Shown piece by piece: positions 1-11,225 of a DNA stretch of 64,000 bases. Position numbers and translations under genes: made by a program. The stretch comes from a virus. Lineage: Duplodnaviria > Caudoviricetes. The stretch is from the IMG/VR virus record IMGVR_UViG_3300028833_000101, positions 32,001 to 96,000 of that record, one strand, 5' to 3'. The notes below the pieces were generated by a model. That model saw only the letters and a list, made by a program, of their open reading frames with translations. It had not been told where the DNA came from and made no database searches. Within the stretch, counting starts at the first letter, position 1, and every line of letters begins with the position of its first letter.

Positions 1-309
1 CCAGATTTACCTTCTATTACCAGCAGAGCTAAATGAATTGCTCGTCGTAGAATTCTATTATATAAACAAAACGCGCAAGAAAAATTATTAGATAAAACAT
101 TAAAAAATAAATATAATTCTAATTTAGTTCAAATGTGTCTTCGTATCATCTCAAATGCTAAATTTATGACGAATACAACAGATACTTCTGAATTAGTAAT
201 TGTTATACCAGACAACTTTTTAGATAAAATTGCAAGTTTTATCACTTATGGAAATGGTAAAATTGCAGGAAGTAATATATTAAAAATTGCACTTGAAAAG
301 GAGGACTAA
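1..309 (+). CDS. Partial (5'-truncated) putative neck/head-tail joining protein, code 4
   Basis: Frame 1 is open from 1 to TAA at 307-309 with one in-frame TGA (34-36). It ends ITYGNGKIAGSNILKIALEKED, directly upstream of the tail genes. Confidence 0.55.
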
Positions 310-311
310 TT

Positions 312-1094
312 ATGGCCTGTAGATACTATGATGATCTAATTGTAGCAAAATTACAAAAATGATTGCCAACAAACACTCCATTAAGGGTGTTACGTCCAGA
401 TGAGTCTAAAAAACTTTTTGAGCTTACTGCAGATGACCTAAATGACAATCCATTTAAATTACCAATTATTGCTCTTTCCAGAAATAATGACATAGAATTA
501 CTTTCTACAGTAAAATCTCCAAAGTCATATGATGGACTACGATACTATAAAACTGCAGTTCCAAATACTGATCTTACAGGTTTAAAAGGAGAGGAACTAA
601 AACAAGCAGTTAAAGAAATACCTCAAGGAGCTTATCAATTTAATGTTTTGCCAATTAAACTTGTTTATCAATTAGATATTTTTACAAAAACAGATGAGGA
701 AAGCGATGAATATGTAAGAAATTTCCTCTTTAAATTGATCAATAACCCTGTTATTAAAATTATAATTCCTTATCAAGACTTAAATATTGAACATATTGCT
801 AATATTAGAGTCTTGAATACAGTGTCTGATACAAGTGCTATTAGTGAAAGAATATTTAGCGGACAATTTCATAGATGAACGATACAAATGGAATTACAAG
901 ATGCGTTCTTATTCAGTGTTCCATATAGAAAAAATTGGCGTCTATTTATTGATGGTGTTGATGAGATACCAGCCGGAGCTGATGGTTATCTTGAAATTTC
1001 AGAAAAAATTAGCAAATCTGGTGAAGTGGAAAAATTAGATGTTCCATTTGGTCGTATGGATGAACCAGTACCAGATATTGTAATTAAAAAATAG
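312..1094 (+). CDS. Putative tail completion/sheath terminator (T4 gp15-like), code 4
   Basis: ATG 312 follows GGAGG. Track ORFs 363-878 and 888-1094 share a frame and are joined by TGA at 360 and 876. Located just before the sheath gene. Confidence 0.6.
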
Positions 1095-1113
1095 CATAAT
1101 ATTATTAATTTAT

Positions 1114-1124
1114 TTGCTAAATTA
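1114..1124 (+). promoter_or_regulatory. Putative late promoter motif TTGCTAAATTA
   Basis: Intergenic and upstream of the sheath gene. The identical 11-mer recurs at 3496, 16737, 27508, 31989, 32071, 36411 and 52473. Confidence 0.75.
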
Positions 1125-1188
1125 AATGAAGTTCATGGAACTTACACTAAATTAATTAGTCACAAAATTAAAAGGAGACAACAAAAGT

Positions 1189-2787
1189 ATGCCAAAAATT
1201 ATTATTAGCGAATATGATAATACCAGAGCAGGTCGTACTCCATATACTAATTTTGCTGTCGTCGTCCCAGGTTTCGTCAAAGAACGTGCCAAAGGTGAAG
1301 ATGGTAAATATCACTATGGTGGCATGGTTGTTAGCGAAAGTGCAGAAGCTGAAAGTGTTTTTGACGAAAATGATGTATACGAATGTACTAGTCGTGAAGA
1401 ATTTATCAATGTAATTGGTAAAGTCCCAGCTACAAAAAGTATCGTTATAGCTAAAAAATTTGCACAACCTGAAGAAGCTCCAAAAGCATTAACGCAAGAA
1501 GAATTTAATGCTGCCATTGCAAGAACAGATGGAAAGCTCTATGAGGCAGTTCAAGTTACATCAGAAACAAAGCCTACTGATGATAAAGGTGAAAATTATG
1601 ATGAAGGATATGTACATCATTTTGTATTAGTTGATGAAAGAACCGTCTGAGATATTGAAAAACGTTATGCCTTTATCAAGTATGGTAATAATGGTCAAGA
1701 TTTAAAATTAGGCCACCAATATGGTAACCAAATTGCTTATGAATTATTAGGATTAGGTTATACTATTTTATACAAAAAACTTACAATTGCAGGTGATATG
1801 AATGAAGCAAGCTATTGGTCTTGCTTAAAAGACAAAGGCGTTTATGACTTCAGATATATTCTTACTGGTTTATTAGAAGATAATACTACAGCAAATAATT
1901 TAATTATTAGCTTAGCTACACATACTCCTAAAGCTACAGAAACTGGTCGTGGTGATTGTATTGCTCTTGTTGATTTACCGGCTGATTCTTATGAAACTAG
2001 TGGATCACCAATGAGTCAAGCAGATGCAATTACATCTATGACTACTGCCTTAAGTCAAATCGATGCCTCTCAATATGCAGCAATCTTTGCACCATATGTT
2101 AAATATGCAATGTCCAAAGAATATATTGCTACTTGGAAAGGCGAAGATGAAACAGATACACTTGGTTGTGGCTGTGTCTTCCCTGCATCCTTCCATTATT
2201 TAGCTTGTGCTGCTAAAGCTGCCGAAACTTATAATGAATGGTATGCTGTTGCTGGATTTACAAGAGGTATTAGTAATTATACTATTGAAAGTCTTGGTTG
2301 TAAATTAGGTGAAGCTGCTGTTGACATCTTAGAACCACGTTATGCTACTGCAAATATTACAAAAGCTATTAACTTAGTTGTTAAAATTAAAAATAGCTAT
2401 TATTTATGGGGCAATAGAACAGCTTATGCTTTAGGCGCCAAAGAAGGTAATGAAGGTGATTTAAGAGCAAGCCATTTCTTAAATATTAGACAATTATGCA
2501 CTACTATTAAGAAAGATGTTTATGTTGCTTGCAGACGATTCACATTTGATCCAAATAGCGATTTATTATGGGTTAACTTCTGTAATGCTATTAGACCTAC
2601 ATTAGAAAAAATGAAGTCAGATCAAGGTATCTCTGATTATAAATTTGTTAAGGTTAAGAGTTCTCAAAAAGCTCTATTAACTGCTAAGATTAGAATTGTT
2701 CCAATTGAAGCTGTTGAAGACTTTGATATTAAATTATACCTTGAAGATTCTATCGGTGGTATCACAACTGATATTGAAGAAGAATAA
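1189..2787 (+). CDS. Tail sheath protein (532 aa, code 4)
   Basis: ORFs 1189-1650 and 1798-2787 are in frame across a single TGA at 1648. C-terminal sheath motifs: YYLWGNRT, FLNIRQL, FTFDPNSDLLW, IRIVPIEAVEDFDI. Confidence 0.92.
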
Positions 2788-2805
2788 TAAAGGAGAATAT
2801 AGAAT

Positions 2806-3408
2806 ATGTCACAATTTGATGAAAGCTTAAATACTAGACACATTAGTTCTAACTTAGCAAATTATGAAGCAGCTAGAAATGCGTTCTTCACATTAATTGT
2901 TGATGACCTTTCTAACTTACTTAGCCCAGCCTATACTGGTGACCCTGAGGCTGCTGCTGAATCAGATAGACTTAATGATAGTCAAAATATTCTTAGATTA
3001 AACGTTACTAAAGCATTTGTTCCACACTTCAGTGTTGGTACAGAAGAATATAGACGTGGTAATGACGTTGTTAAATTTGCAACAGTTCCTACTTGGGATG
3101 GTGGAACTATTGAAGTTGATGACGTTGTTGGATTAGATACTAAATCTATCTTAATGTCTTGGTTATATCTTGCATATAATCCACATACACGTAAAGGTGG
3201 ACGTATGAAAGATTATAAGAAAACTTGTACTCTTTGTGAATATACACAAGATTATGAGTTAATTAGAACTTGGACTCTTGAAGGTGTATTTGTTACTAAA
3301 ATTACTGAAGCTGAATTTGACAGAGAAAATGACGGTAAACGTAAATTACAAGTTGAATTATCTTACGATAGAGCTTTAGTTGACCTTCCAGTTGTTGAAG
3401 AAAACTAA
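2806..3408 (+). CDS. Tail tube protein (T4 gp19-like)
   Basis: Follows the sheath gene. Motifs YRRGNDVVKFATVPTW, YKKTCTLCEY, RTWTLEGVF, VELSYD. Confidence 0.88.
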   Translation: MSQFDESLNTRHISSNLANYEAARNAFFTLIVDDLSNLLSPAYTGDPEAAAESDRLNDSQNILRLNVTKAFVPHFSVGTEEYRRGNDVVKFATVPTWDGGTIEVDDVVGLDTKSILMSWLYLAYNPHTRKGGRMKDYKKTCTLCEYTQDYELIRTWTLEGVFVTKITEAEFDRENDGKRKLQVELSYDRALVDLPVVEEN

Positions 3409-3430
3409 TTAAAAAATAATTAAAAATATT

Positions 3431-3461
3431 AAGCAAACTTCGGTTTGCTTTTTATTTTTTT
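3431..3461 (+). terminator. Rho-independent terminator
   Basis: AAGCAAAC-TTCG-GTTTGCTT followed by a T run. Confidence 0.85.
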
Positions 3462-3495
3462 AAAAATAAATTTATTAAATCTATTTTGTTTTTAT

Positions 3496-3506
3496 TTGCT
3501 AAATTA
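3496..3506 (+). promoter_or_regulatory. Putative late promoter TTGCTAAATTA
   Basis: Lies after the terminator, at the head of the chaperone/tape measure operon. Confidence 0.75.
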
Positions 3507-3548
3507 TATGAACGTTTGAGCAATGTTTTAAGAAAGGAATAGCTTAAA

Positions 3549-3710
3549 ATGGGAAGAAAGAAAGTTGATAGAAGTGACAAAATAATGCAAACCTTTGAGA
3601 CTACACGACCATTAAAGGCTCGTTTAGAGGCACAAGCTAAAAAAAGAAACATGACAGTCTCTGCTTTAATCAGGGAGATTTTGGAAAAACATTTTGAAGA
3701 AAGATTTTAG
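3549..3710 (+). CDS. Ribbon-helix-helix (CopG-like) DNA-binding protein, 53 aa
   Basis: Not in the ORF track. MGRKKVDRSDKIMQTFETTRPLKARLEAQAKKRNMTVSALIREILEKHF, with GAAAGGA as RBS. The sequence pattern fits RHH. Confidence 0.75.
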   Translation: MGRKKVDRSDKIMQTFETTRPLKARLEAQAKKRNMTVSALIREILEKHFEERF

Positions 3711-3725
3711 AAAGGGATATTTAAA

Positions 3726-4493
3726 ATGGAAGAAAGACAAACAAATTACACTATTGGAGAAGGAATGGAATTACCATCAAAAGGTCTTATTTATGGTAAA
3801 CAAGTAAATTCCCACGTAGAACTCCGCAGTATGACAGCTAGAGATGAGATGAAACGTTTATCTCCAAGCACCACGCAATTTAAGACTTTAGCAGATATTA
3901 TTGAAGGTTGTATGATTGAAAAACCAGCAATTCATGTCTATGATATGGCTTTAGGTGACTATGAATACTTACTTCATAGATTAAGAATTGTTACCTATGG
4001 TGATGAATATAAAATGCAACTCAGATGTCCATTCTGTGGTGAAGTATTTGAAACTATTGCACACTTAGAAGACCTTGTAGTTAAAGACTTTGATTATGAA
4101 GCTTTTGAGAAAGCTAGAACAATTGTTTTACCAAAAAGTGGTAATACTGTAGTTTTAAAATTTCAAACACCAAGAATGCTTGATGAGATGGAAAATAGAA
4201 CTAAAGAACTTAAAAGAAAATTTAAATCCGCAGACATTTCATTTGAAGTTATGGTATTATTAACTAGCGTTATTGATACTGTAGATGGTATGCCAATGGA
4301 TCAAACTAAACTAGAGGCTTTTATTGATAAGCTTCCAGCTCTTGATATGGCTAAAATTATTAATAGTATTGATGCTTTAAATGATATGGTAGGATTGGAC
4401 AACAAATTAATTGTTGACTGTACAAAGTGTGGAGGAGAGGTACCTACATCCTTTCGCTTTGGGACCGAATTTTTTAGACCCACAACTATCTAG
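3726..4493 (+). CDS. Baseplate hub/tail assembly chaperone (T4 gp26-like)
   Basis: LPSKG, VELRSMTARDE, GDYEYLLHRLRIVTYG, CPFCG and CTKCG zinc pairs. Ends FFRP and precedes the tape measure gene. Confidence 0.75.
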   Translation: MEERQTNYTIGEGMELPSKGLIYGKQVNSHVELRSMTARDEMKRLSPSTTQFKTLADIIEGCMIEKPAIHVYDMALGDYEYLLHRLRIVTYGDEYKMQLRCPFCGEVFETIAHLEDLVVKDFDYEAFEKARTIVLPKSGNTVVLKFQTPRMLDEMENRTKELKRKFKSADISFEVMVLLTSVIDTVDGMPMDQTKLEAFIDKLPALDMAKIINSIDALNDMVGLDNKLIVDCTKCGGEVPTSFRFGTEFFRPTTI

Positions 4494-4698
4494 TGATGGT
4501 AAGGCCTATGGACCAAAAAGATATAAAGAAATAGTTAAAGAATGTTGGTATATTAGTGATAACTTGCACACTAGCTATACTGACGTGTTAGATTTAAGCT
4601 TTCAGGAGAGATTTTATTTAATAGAATATATTAATGCTAAACAAGAGGCCACGAAACAAGCCATTGAGAAAGCAAAAACTAACAAAAATAATAAATAG
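4471..4698 (+). CDS. gp51-like C-terminal extension, probably reached by frameshift from the chaperone gene
   Basis: The +1 frame overlaps the chaperone end and has no good start or RBS. SYTDVLDLSFQERFYLIEYI resembles T4-like gp51. T6 run at 4470-4475. Confidence 0.6.
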   Translation, partial: FLDPQLSSDGKAYGPKRYKEIVKECWYISDNLHTSYTDVLDLSFQERFYLIEYINAKQEATKQAIEKAKTNKNNK

Positions 4699-4711
4699 GG
4701 AGTTATAAAGC

Positions 4712-6907
4712 ATGGCAGATGAAGTTTTTACCGAAGCACAGCTAAATAAAATGCTGGATAGAATTCGCTCCTTTTCAAAAGAGGAGTCTGAATTCGAGCA
4801 ACAAGAAGCTAATAGACTTTTAAGGCTACGCATTAATAATGCGGAGGAACTTTATGATTTGCAAGTAAAATTAGCTCAAAACGCTACTACTGAAAAGCTC
4901 AGACAAGAACAAGCGCTTAATAAGCGTTTAATTCAAATGGGCTATGATGCAGCTGCAGTTGTTGAACAACGCACTTTAGCAGAACGTCGAAAAGCAATCG
5001 ATGAAGAAGAAAAAATAGCCTTAAAAGGTAAAAGTGGCGCAGAAGCTGCTGCAATAAAAAATGAATATAATAAAAAGCGTGCTTATCAAACAGCTTTTCA
5101 AAAAGAAATTGATAAGGTGCAAGCAGCACGTTTAAAAGAAGAAGAAAAGCAAAATAAAAAGAAAATTAAAGATCTAAAAAATCTAGCTTCTAGTGAATTT
5201 AGTACCCTAGGTGATGTGCTCTTCAAAAATAAAGAAGAAGCTATTCAAAACTTAATGGCAGAAAAGGGCATCTCAAGAGATGAAGCCGAACAAGCTGTTA
5301 AGGGTCAAAGAATGCAAGTTGTTGCAGAGCAAGGTCAAAAACTTATTGAAGATTTTGCAAAGCAATTACAAGGACGTATCGATGAAATTGCCCAAGCACA
5401 AAGCACTATTGATACTCGTTTACAAGGACTAAAAGGACAAAGAACATTCTTAGGTTCCTACTGGAAAGCAATGAGCCAAGATATTATTTCATATGTTGGC
5501 ATGTCTCCAGTAGTTAAGCAAGCAGATGTTGTTAATAGCTTAAAAACATTAGTTGGAAAAGGTATTGCATTTAATGTTGAACAAAGAGCTTTCTTAGATA
5601 CAGTAAGTGCTAAAATCGCAAATACATTTGATGCTACAGATGCTACTTTGCTTAAATTAGTTCGTATTCAACAAGCAGATACTACAGCAGCTCGTTTAGG
5701 CATGGAATCTGCTTTAACAGCATTCTTAAACAACATGTATCAAACTACTGAATACATGACAGAAGCTGCATCTGAAATTAGACAAAATTTATATGAAGCA
5801 AGTGCTTTAATGGGCGCTAAAGATGCAACTGCATTTGAATATCAAGTTCAAAAATGGATGGGCTCATTATATTCAGTAGGTTTTTCTAATACTGGCGGTT
5901 TATCTAGCGCTCTTGGTAAGTTAGCTGCTGGTGATGTAAGCGCTATTACAGAAGGTGGTTATGGAAACTTACTAGTCATGGCTGCCAATAGAGCAAATCT
6001 TTCTATTGCAGAGATTTTAGCAGAAGGACTTGATGATTCAGAAACTAATCAATTAATGAGAGCAATGGTTGGTTATTTAGGAGATATCTATAAAGAAACT
6101 AAAAATAGTAAAATTGTTGCACAACAATTTGCAAATGTTTATGGATTAACTGCTTCTGATTTAAAAGCTGCGGCAAACCTTGCTTCTTCTGTAAATAACA
6201 TTTCTACTACAAACCTAAATTATAGTGGCATGATTACCCAACTACAAACAATGGCAGGAACAATGTATCAAAGAACAAGCTCAGGTGAATTAATGACTAA
6301 CCTATTTGATAACTTGAAATATGCTACGGCTAATACTATGGCAAATAGCCCAACTTTATATGCAATTTATACAATTGCTAGTATGCTAGATAGCACTGTT
6401 GGTGGTATTAATATTCCAGCATTTAGCGTCATGGGCAACATGGTTGACTTAGAAACAACTGTAGCTAACTTAATGCGTGTTGGAGCTTTAAGTGCTGGTA
6501 TTTTAGGTGGCATTGGAAATATGATGGCCGGACTTGGTAACGGCATTGGTAGTGGTGCAATGTTAAAAAACTTTGGTATTACATCTGGATTAAATACTGT
6601 TACAAGAGGCAATGGTTCTGGCTTGCTTACTACATCACTACAAGGAACATCTGAATCAGGCTATGTTGGTAATAGTGAAGGCAGTGATGTTCAAAGTAAA
6701 ACTATGGGCGATGCACAAAGTGAGGCTAATGATCAACTTGCCGAAGCTGTTGATGATAGCAATGAAACAAAATTAAGTGAAGTTGATGCTCACATCGTTG
6801 ATATTATTAATATTTTAACTGATGTTGTCAGTGGTGGTGAAAGCTTCCACGTTAAATTTGATTCATCATATGTGTTCCCAGGTGGATATGGTGGACTAGG
6901 TAACTAG
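4712..6907 (+). CDS. Tape measure protein
   Basis: 731 aa, helical and Ala/Gln/Gly-rich, with a hydrophobic C-terminal third. Canonical position after the chaperone. Confidence 0.8.
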   Translation: MADEVFTEAQLNKMLDRIRSFSKEESEFEQQEANRLLRLRINNAEELYDLQVKLAQNATTEKLRQEQALNKRLIQMGYDAAAVVEQRTLAERRKAIDEEEKIALKGKSGAEAAAIKNEYNKKRAYQTAFQKEIDKVQAARLKEEEKQNKKKIKDLKNLASSEFSTLGDVLFKNKEEAIQNLMAEKGISRDEAEQAVKGQRMQVVAEQGQKLIEDFAKQLQGRIDEIAQAQSTIDTRLQGLKGQRTFLGSYWKAMSQDIISYVGMSPVVKQADVVNSLKTLVGKGIAFNVEQRAFLDTVSAKIANTFDATDATLLKLVRIQQADTTAARLGMESALTAFLNNMYQTTEYMTEAASEIRQNLYEASALMGAKDATAFEYQVQKWMGSLYSVGFSNTGGLSSALGKLAAGDVSAITEGGYGNLLVMAANRANLSIAEILAEGLDDSETNQLMRAMVGYLGDIYKETKNSKIVAQQFANVYGLTASDLKAAANLASSVNNISTTNLNYSGMITQLQTMAGTMYQRTSSGELMTNLFDNLKYATANTMANSPTLYAIYTIASMLDSTVGGINIPAFSVMGNMVDLETTVANLMRVGALSAGILGGIGNMMAGLGNGIGSGAMLKNFGITSGLNTVTRGNGSGLLTTSLQGTSESGYVGNSEGSDVQSKTMGDAQSEANDQLAEAVDDSNETKLSEVDAHIVDIINILTDVVSGGESFHVKFDSSYVFPGGYGGLGN

Positions 6908-6922
6908 TTAGGAGGATAAATA

Positions 6923-8980
6923 ATGAAAAAGTTTAATAATACAGATATCTTTACTGGCTACTTAAAACAATTATTACATAATTTTAACTTACCAAAGCTT
7001 CGTATTTATACCTATGAACAACAAGAATATAAAGCTAAAACTGGCAGAGAACGTTATGATGTTTTAGAAACAGTTACTAGTTATAAAAATGCAGAAGATA
7101 ACTCAACTATTTATCCAGAACACTTAAGATATATTCCATACATTAAAGACAATAAGATTCAAGAATTTATTGATAATGCTTGAGTTGAAGTTGGTGATAG
7201 AAACACAAAAGTTGGAAGCCATATGCATGTTTACAATTATGGCAATAAACTTTTAAATTATACAAAAAATTTAAAAATTAAAGATAATATATATGATTCA
7301 TATACTCATGAGTATCTTGGTGATTATTTAAGATTCCAACGTGATTATTCTGGTTTAGATTTAATGCCTTTGTATAATTGCTTTAGTAATAGAGCTTGTA
7401 CTAGACTTAAATTATCTGCAAAATATGTAGCTAAACCGGCTGCATATATTCCGCTAAAAGACTTTGATAAAGCTGAAGTTTTTATGACCTTTATGAGCAC
7501 AAGTGATTATATTGGTTATTGGGTAATTCATGATTTTGACTATGTAGAAGTGACAGAAGAAAATCATGATAACCTTGGAATTATTGACTATCCACACTCT
7601 TCACGAGACGATAAGACAAAACCACAAACTGTTCCTTATAGATATTCTCCAGAAATTTCTGGAAAGTTTGCTTTTGATACAAGTGATAAGGACTATAAAA
7701 TATACATGGTCCCAGTCAAGTTATTTAAAACCTATACTATTGCTTTAGACTGTGATACACAAGTAGAAATGTGTTGTGGTATTTATGGAAACTATCAAGA
7801 TAGTCGTAAAAAATTTAATGATATATATGGGTTAACATATAAAAAATTATCTCACTGTGCTTTTGCTAGCCCAGTATTATATACAGAGTTACTAAATTTA
7901 AATCAATTTACTCTTGGAAATTCTTTAGTAGAGCTTGCACAGTCTGAATGTGATTTAAAATTATTTATTAAATTACCAGTAAATAATACCTCTACCATTG
8001 TTATTTTAGAGGGCGATTATTTAAATTGAACAAATTATACATATAAAAGACCTGAACTACAAATATTAAATATTGATGATTGAGGTGCTAATAGACCATC
8101 TTTGGACCCAGGCGGTGCTCCAATTCCACCAGCTGGAAAAGAGTATTTAATTTATTTAGATACTACACATTATAATATTTATAAAACATTTAAAGAAGCT
8201 GACAATAGCTATACATGAAAAAATCAAGGATTAATTTGAAAAGAAGCATGTATCGAAAATACTGATAAGAGTTTAAATACTCTTATTATTGATGATCAGC
8301 CGTACTATAGACAATATATTGCACAAGAAATAATAGATGAATACGAATATGATATAGAACATGGCATTGAGCCATCTGAAGAATTAAAAGCAAAAATATT
8401 TGTTGATTTAGATAAGTATTTTGAAGCTTATCGTGCAAATAAACCAAGCGTCTCAGTTGATAGTAAAACTGCTTATTTTAATACTTATATTAAAAAGTTA
8501 TTTATTAACTGTGTAAGCGATTGGGAAAAAAGAACAAATCATGCAGTAATTGATATTGAAAATGTTACAAATGAAAAGCATTTTGACTTAATCACTCCAT
8601 TACAATTATTAAGAATGAATACAAATGAGCAACACCCATTTGCAGACAGACTTATAGAATATTTACTCGAAAATAGTATTACTAATAGAGAAGATGAAAT
8701 TACAGATAATATTAAACGTGTGCAAAAAGCTCTTAGTTTAAATTATGATTCAAACAATTATTTTGCAAAGTATCCTGGTATTTGAGAGTATAGAATTAAT
8801 CAAATTATTTATGATTATATTAATTTGCACAAAAATACTTATGGCGTTAATCATGATATCTTAGGGTATGTTGATAAAGATGCTGAAAAATATTATGCAC
8901 ATATTGATACAGACAAGCGTACAGGCAAAAAGGTTGCTACCAGTATTGCTAATATTGAATTAACTGAGGAGGAAAAATAA
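6923..8980 (+). CDS. Virion/baseplate-associated protein with putative C-terminal peptidoglycan-binding-like module (685 aa, code 4)
   Basis: One frame open through 6 TGA to TAA at 8978. The C-terminus contains DNIKRVQKAL...PGI(W)E. Confidence 0.6.
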
Positions 8981-8982
8981 TT

Positions 8983-9579
8983 ATGGCAAAAATGGCAAAT
9001 AAATATATTCTTCCTGAAAATTATATTTATATCTCCCACTTAGATGAGGACTTTCAATTTTGAAGATTGCCAAGCTGTCCTGAGACAATTAATGACCAAA
9101 TGCAATCAACATTTGGTGAAACAAGTGCTCTTGGACGTTCTGCTCCTGTATATACTTATAGTAAGTCAGGTCCAAGAACCGTGCAAATTGAATTAAAGTT
9201 ACACAGAGATATGATGGATGACGTCAATCTCGGAGTAAGTAATTCTGTATTACAGGCTGGTGAAGACTATATTGATAATCTTATTAAAGCTTTACAAGCA
9301 ATATCATTACCAAAGTATAATCTATCAAATAAAGCTGTAGAACCACCAGTTGTTGCATTAAGACTTAGTAATCAAGTATTTATAAAAGGTATTGTAAATG
9401 GCCCAATTGCGCTTACATATAAGCTTCCATTATTGGCAAATGGTAAATATGCACAAGTAAGTTTAAGTATTACAGTAAGCGAAGTTGACCCATATGATGC
9501 AACAACGGTATTTAAAAATGGTTCATTCCGAGGTGTTGTACAAACACTTAAAAAGGGCATGAACATTGGTGACGATTAA
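8983..9579 (+). CDS. Tail tube initiator/baseplate protein (code 4)
   Basis: ATG 8983, TGA at 9061. Motifs PETINDQ..GRSAPVYTYSKSGPRTVQIEL and PPVVALRL, a tube-like fold pattern. Confidence 0.7.
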
Positions 9580-9595
9580 TTAGGAGGAGACTAGT

Positions 9596-9922
9596 GTGGA
9601 AAAATTAAAAAATAAAAGATATGCTAACTATAATTACACAAGCAGATATACTGGCGTTCCATATTATTATGACTCTAAAAAAGATCGTGATGTATACGGT
9701 ATTGGAGAGCAATTAAATAAAATTAATTCTTATATATCTCATAAAGTTAAACCAGATGATACTCTAGATGGTTTAGCATTAACTTATTATAATAATCCAA
9801 CTTATTGGTGGATTATTGCATATTTTAATAGAATTACAGATCCATTTATTCAATTAAGCACAAAATTTAGTGTGATTAAAATTCCAAGTTTATCAAGCAT
9901 TGAATTTAAAAACGAAAGATAA
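9596..9922 (+). CDS. LysM-domain baseplate protein (gp53/X-like)
   Basis: HKVKPDDTLDGLALTYYNNPTYWWIIAYFNRI..IKIP. Confidence 0.85.
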   Translation: MEKLKNKRYANYNYTSRYTGVPYYYDSKKDRDVYGIGEQLNKINSYISHKVKPDDTLDGLALTYYNNPTYWWIIAYFNRITDPFIQLSTKFSVIKIPSLSSIEFKNER

Positions 9923-9930
9923 GGTAAATT

Positions 9931-11214
9931 ATGGCCATAGTCCCAAAAGAAAAAAGAAGTTTATTATCTAGTCAAGCTAGAATACAAGCACCATGAATTA
10001 AAGTAACAATTGGTACATATACTTTTGGTGTTTTTTCAAAAACTCGTATTCAAGCTAAAGAGAAAACGAGTGACAATTTTTATTCTGCTTATGATGTTCA
10101 ATATCCAAGCTATGTTCAAAGATTAAATATTATAAAAATAAATGGCCAAGTTAACCAATACACACTGTCTATTTCTTATCCAATAAAACCAACAGATGAC
10201 CCAAACTTTTTTGAAAAAGTATTTAGTAGTGTATCTAAAACCCGTAAAATTATTTTTAGTTATGGTGATGCTTCTATGCCTACCTATGTCTATAAAGATG
10301 AAGAAGCAATTATTACTGGCATTACTCAACAGTTTGATCTAGAAAATTGTAGAATAAATTATACAGTTAAAGCTGTTTCTGGTTCTGTTGTAGGAAAAAC
10401 AGGCACGTTTACTTTTCCAAAATCTGGTTATGTAAAACCAAGTGATGAGATTAAATCAGTATTTAGAAACAAAAAATATGGTTTACAAAGCTTATTTACA
10501 GGAATGAATGAACGAAACTTAGCAAAGTTAATTGCAGGTGACGATAAAATTGTTCAAATTAAACCAAAAACAAATATCTCACCATTAGATTATATTATGT
10601 ATCTAACCAGCTGTATGATTCCTGCTGGCTCAACAAATAATAATTTAAGTAATGATATTTATATTTTAACAATTCATGATGATACTGTCTATGATAAACT
10701 ATATAGTGATACTGATTCATTGGGCGGACCTTACTTTAAAATAAGTAAAACTCCAACAAATGTTGAACAAGCTGACGCTTATGAAGTTGATATTGGGTTC
10801 AATACTTCAACAATTGTTCTTGGTTTTAGTGTAGACAAGGATGAAAATTATTCTATCTACTATGACTACAACTCACAGCTTAGCCCAGAAAAATACACTA
10901 GAAGAATTAATAATAAAGGCCAATGAGAAGATGTTTATTCACCTATGTTTACATCTGGAAATGATCGCTTTCAAACAAGACCAGAAGACATTACCTGATT
11001 TACTAAAATGACTAAATATCCAATTTCAGCAACACTAAAAATTCAAGGGTTATTGCGCCCAGCACAATTAATGCAATATTTAAGATTAAATGTTGTATTT
11101 CCAGGCGGACACAAACATATTAGTTCTGGACTGTATATTATAACGAAGCAAGTTGATGATATTAGTGAAAGTGGTTATGTTACTACACTTTCTTTAACAA
11201 GAATTTCAAATTAA
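9931..11214 (+). CDS. Baseplate hub protein (gpD/gp27-like, code 4)
   Basis: Open through TGA at 9994, 10924 and 10996. C-terminus ATLKIQG..SGLYIITKQVDDISESGYVTTLSL. Confidence 0.75.
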
Positions 11215-11225
11215 GGAGAATTTAA

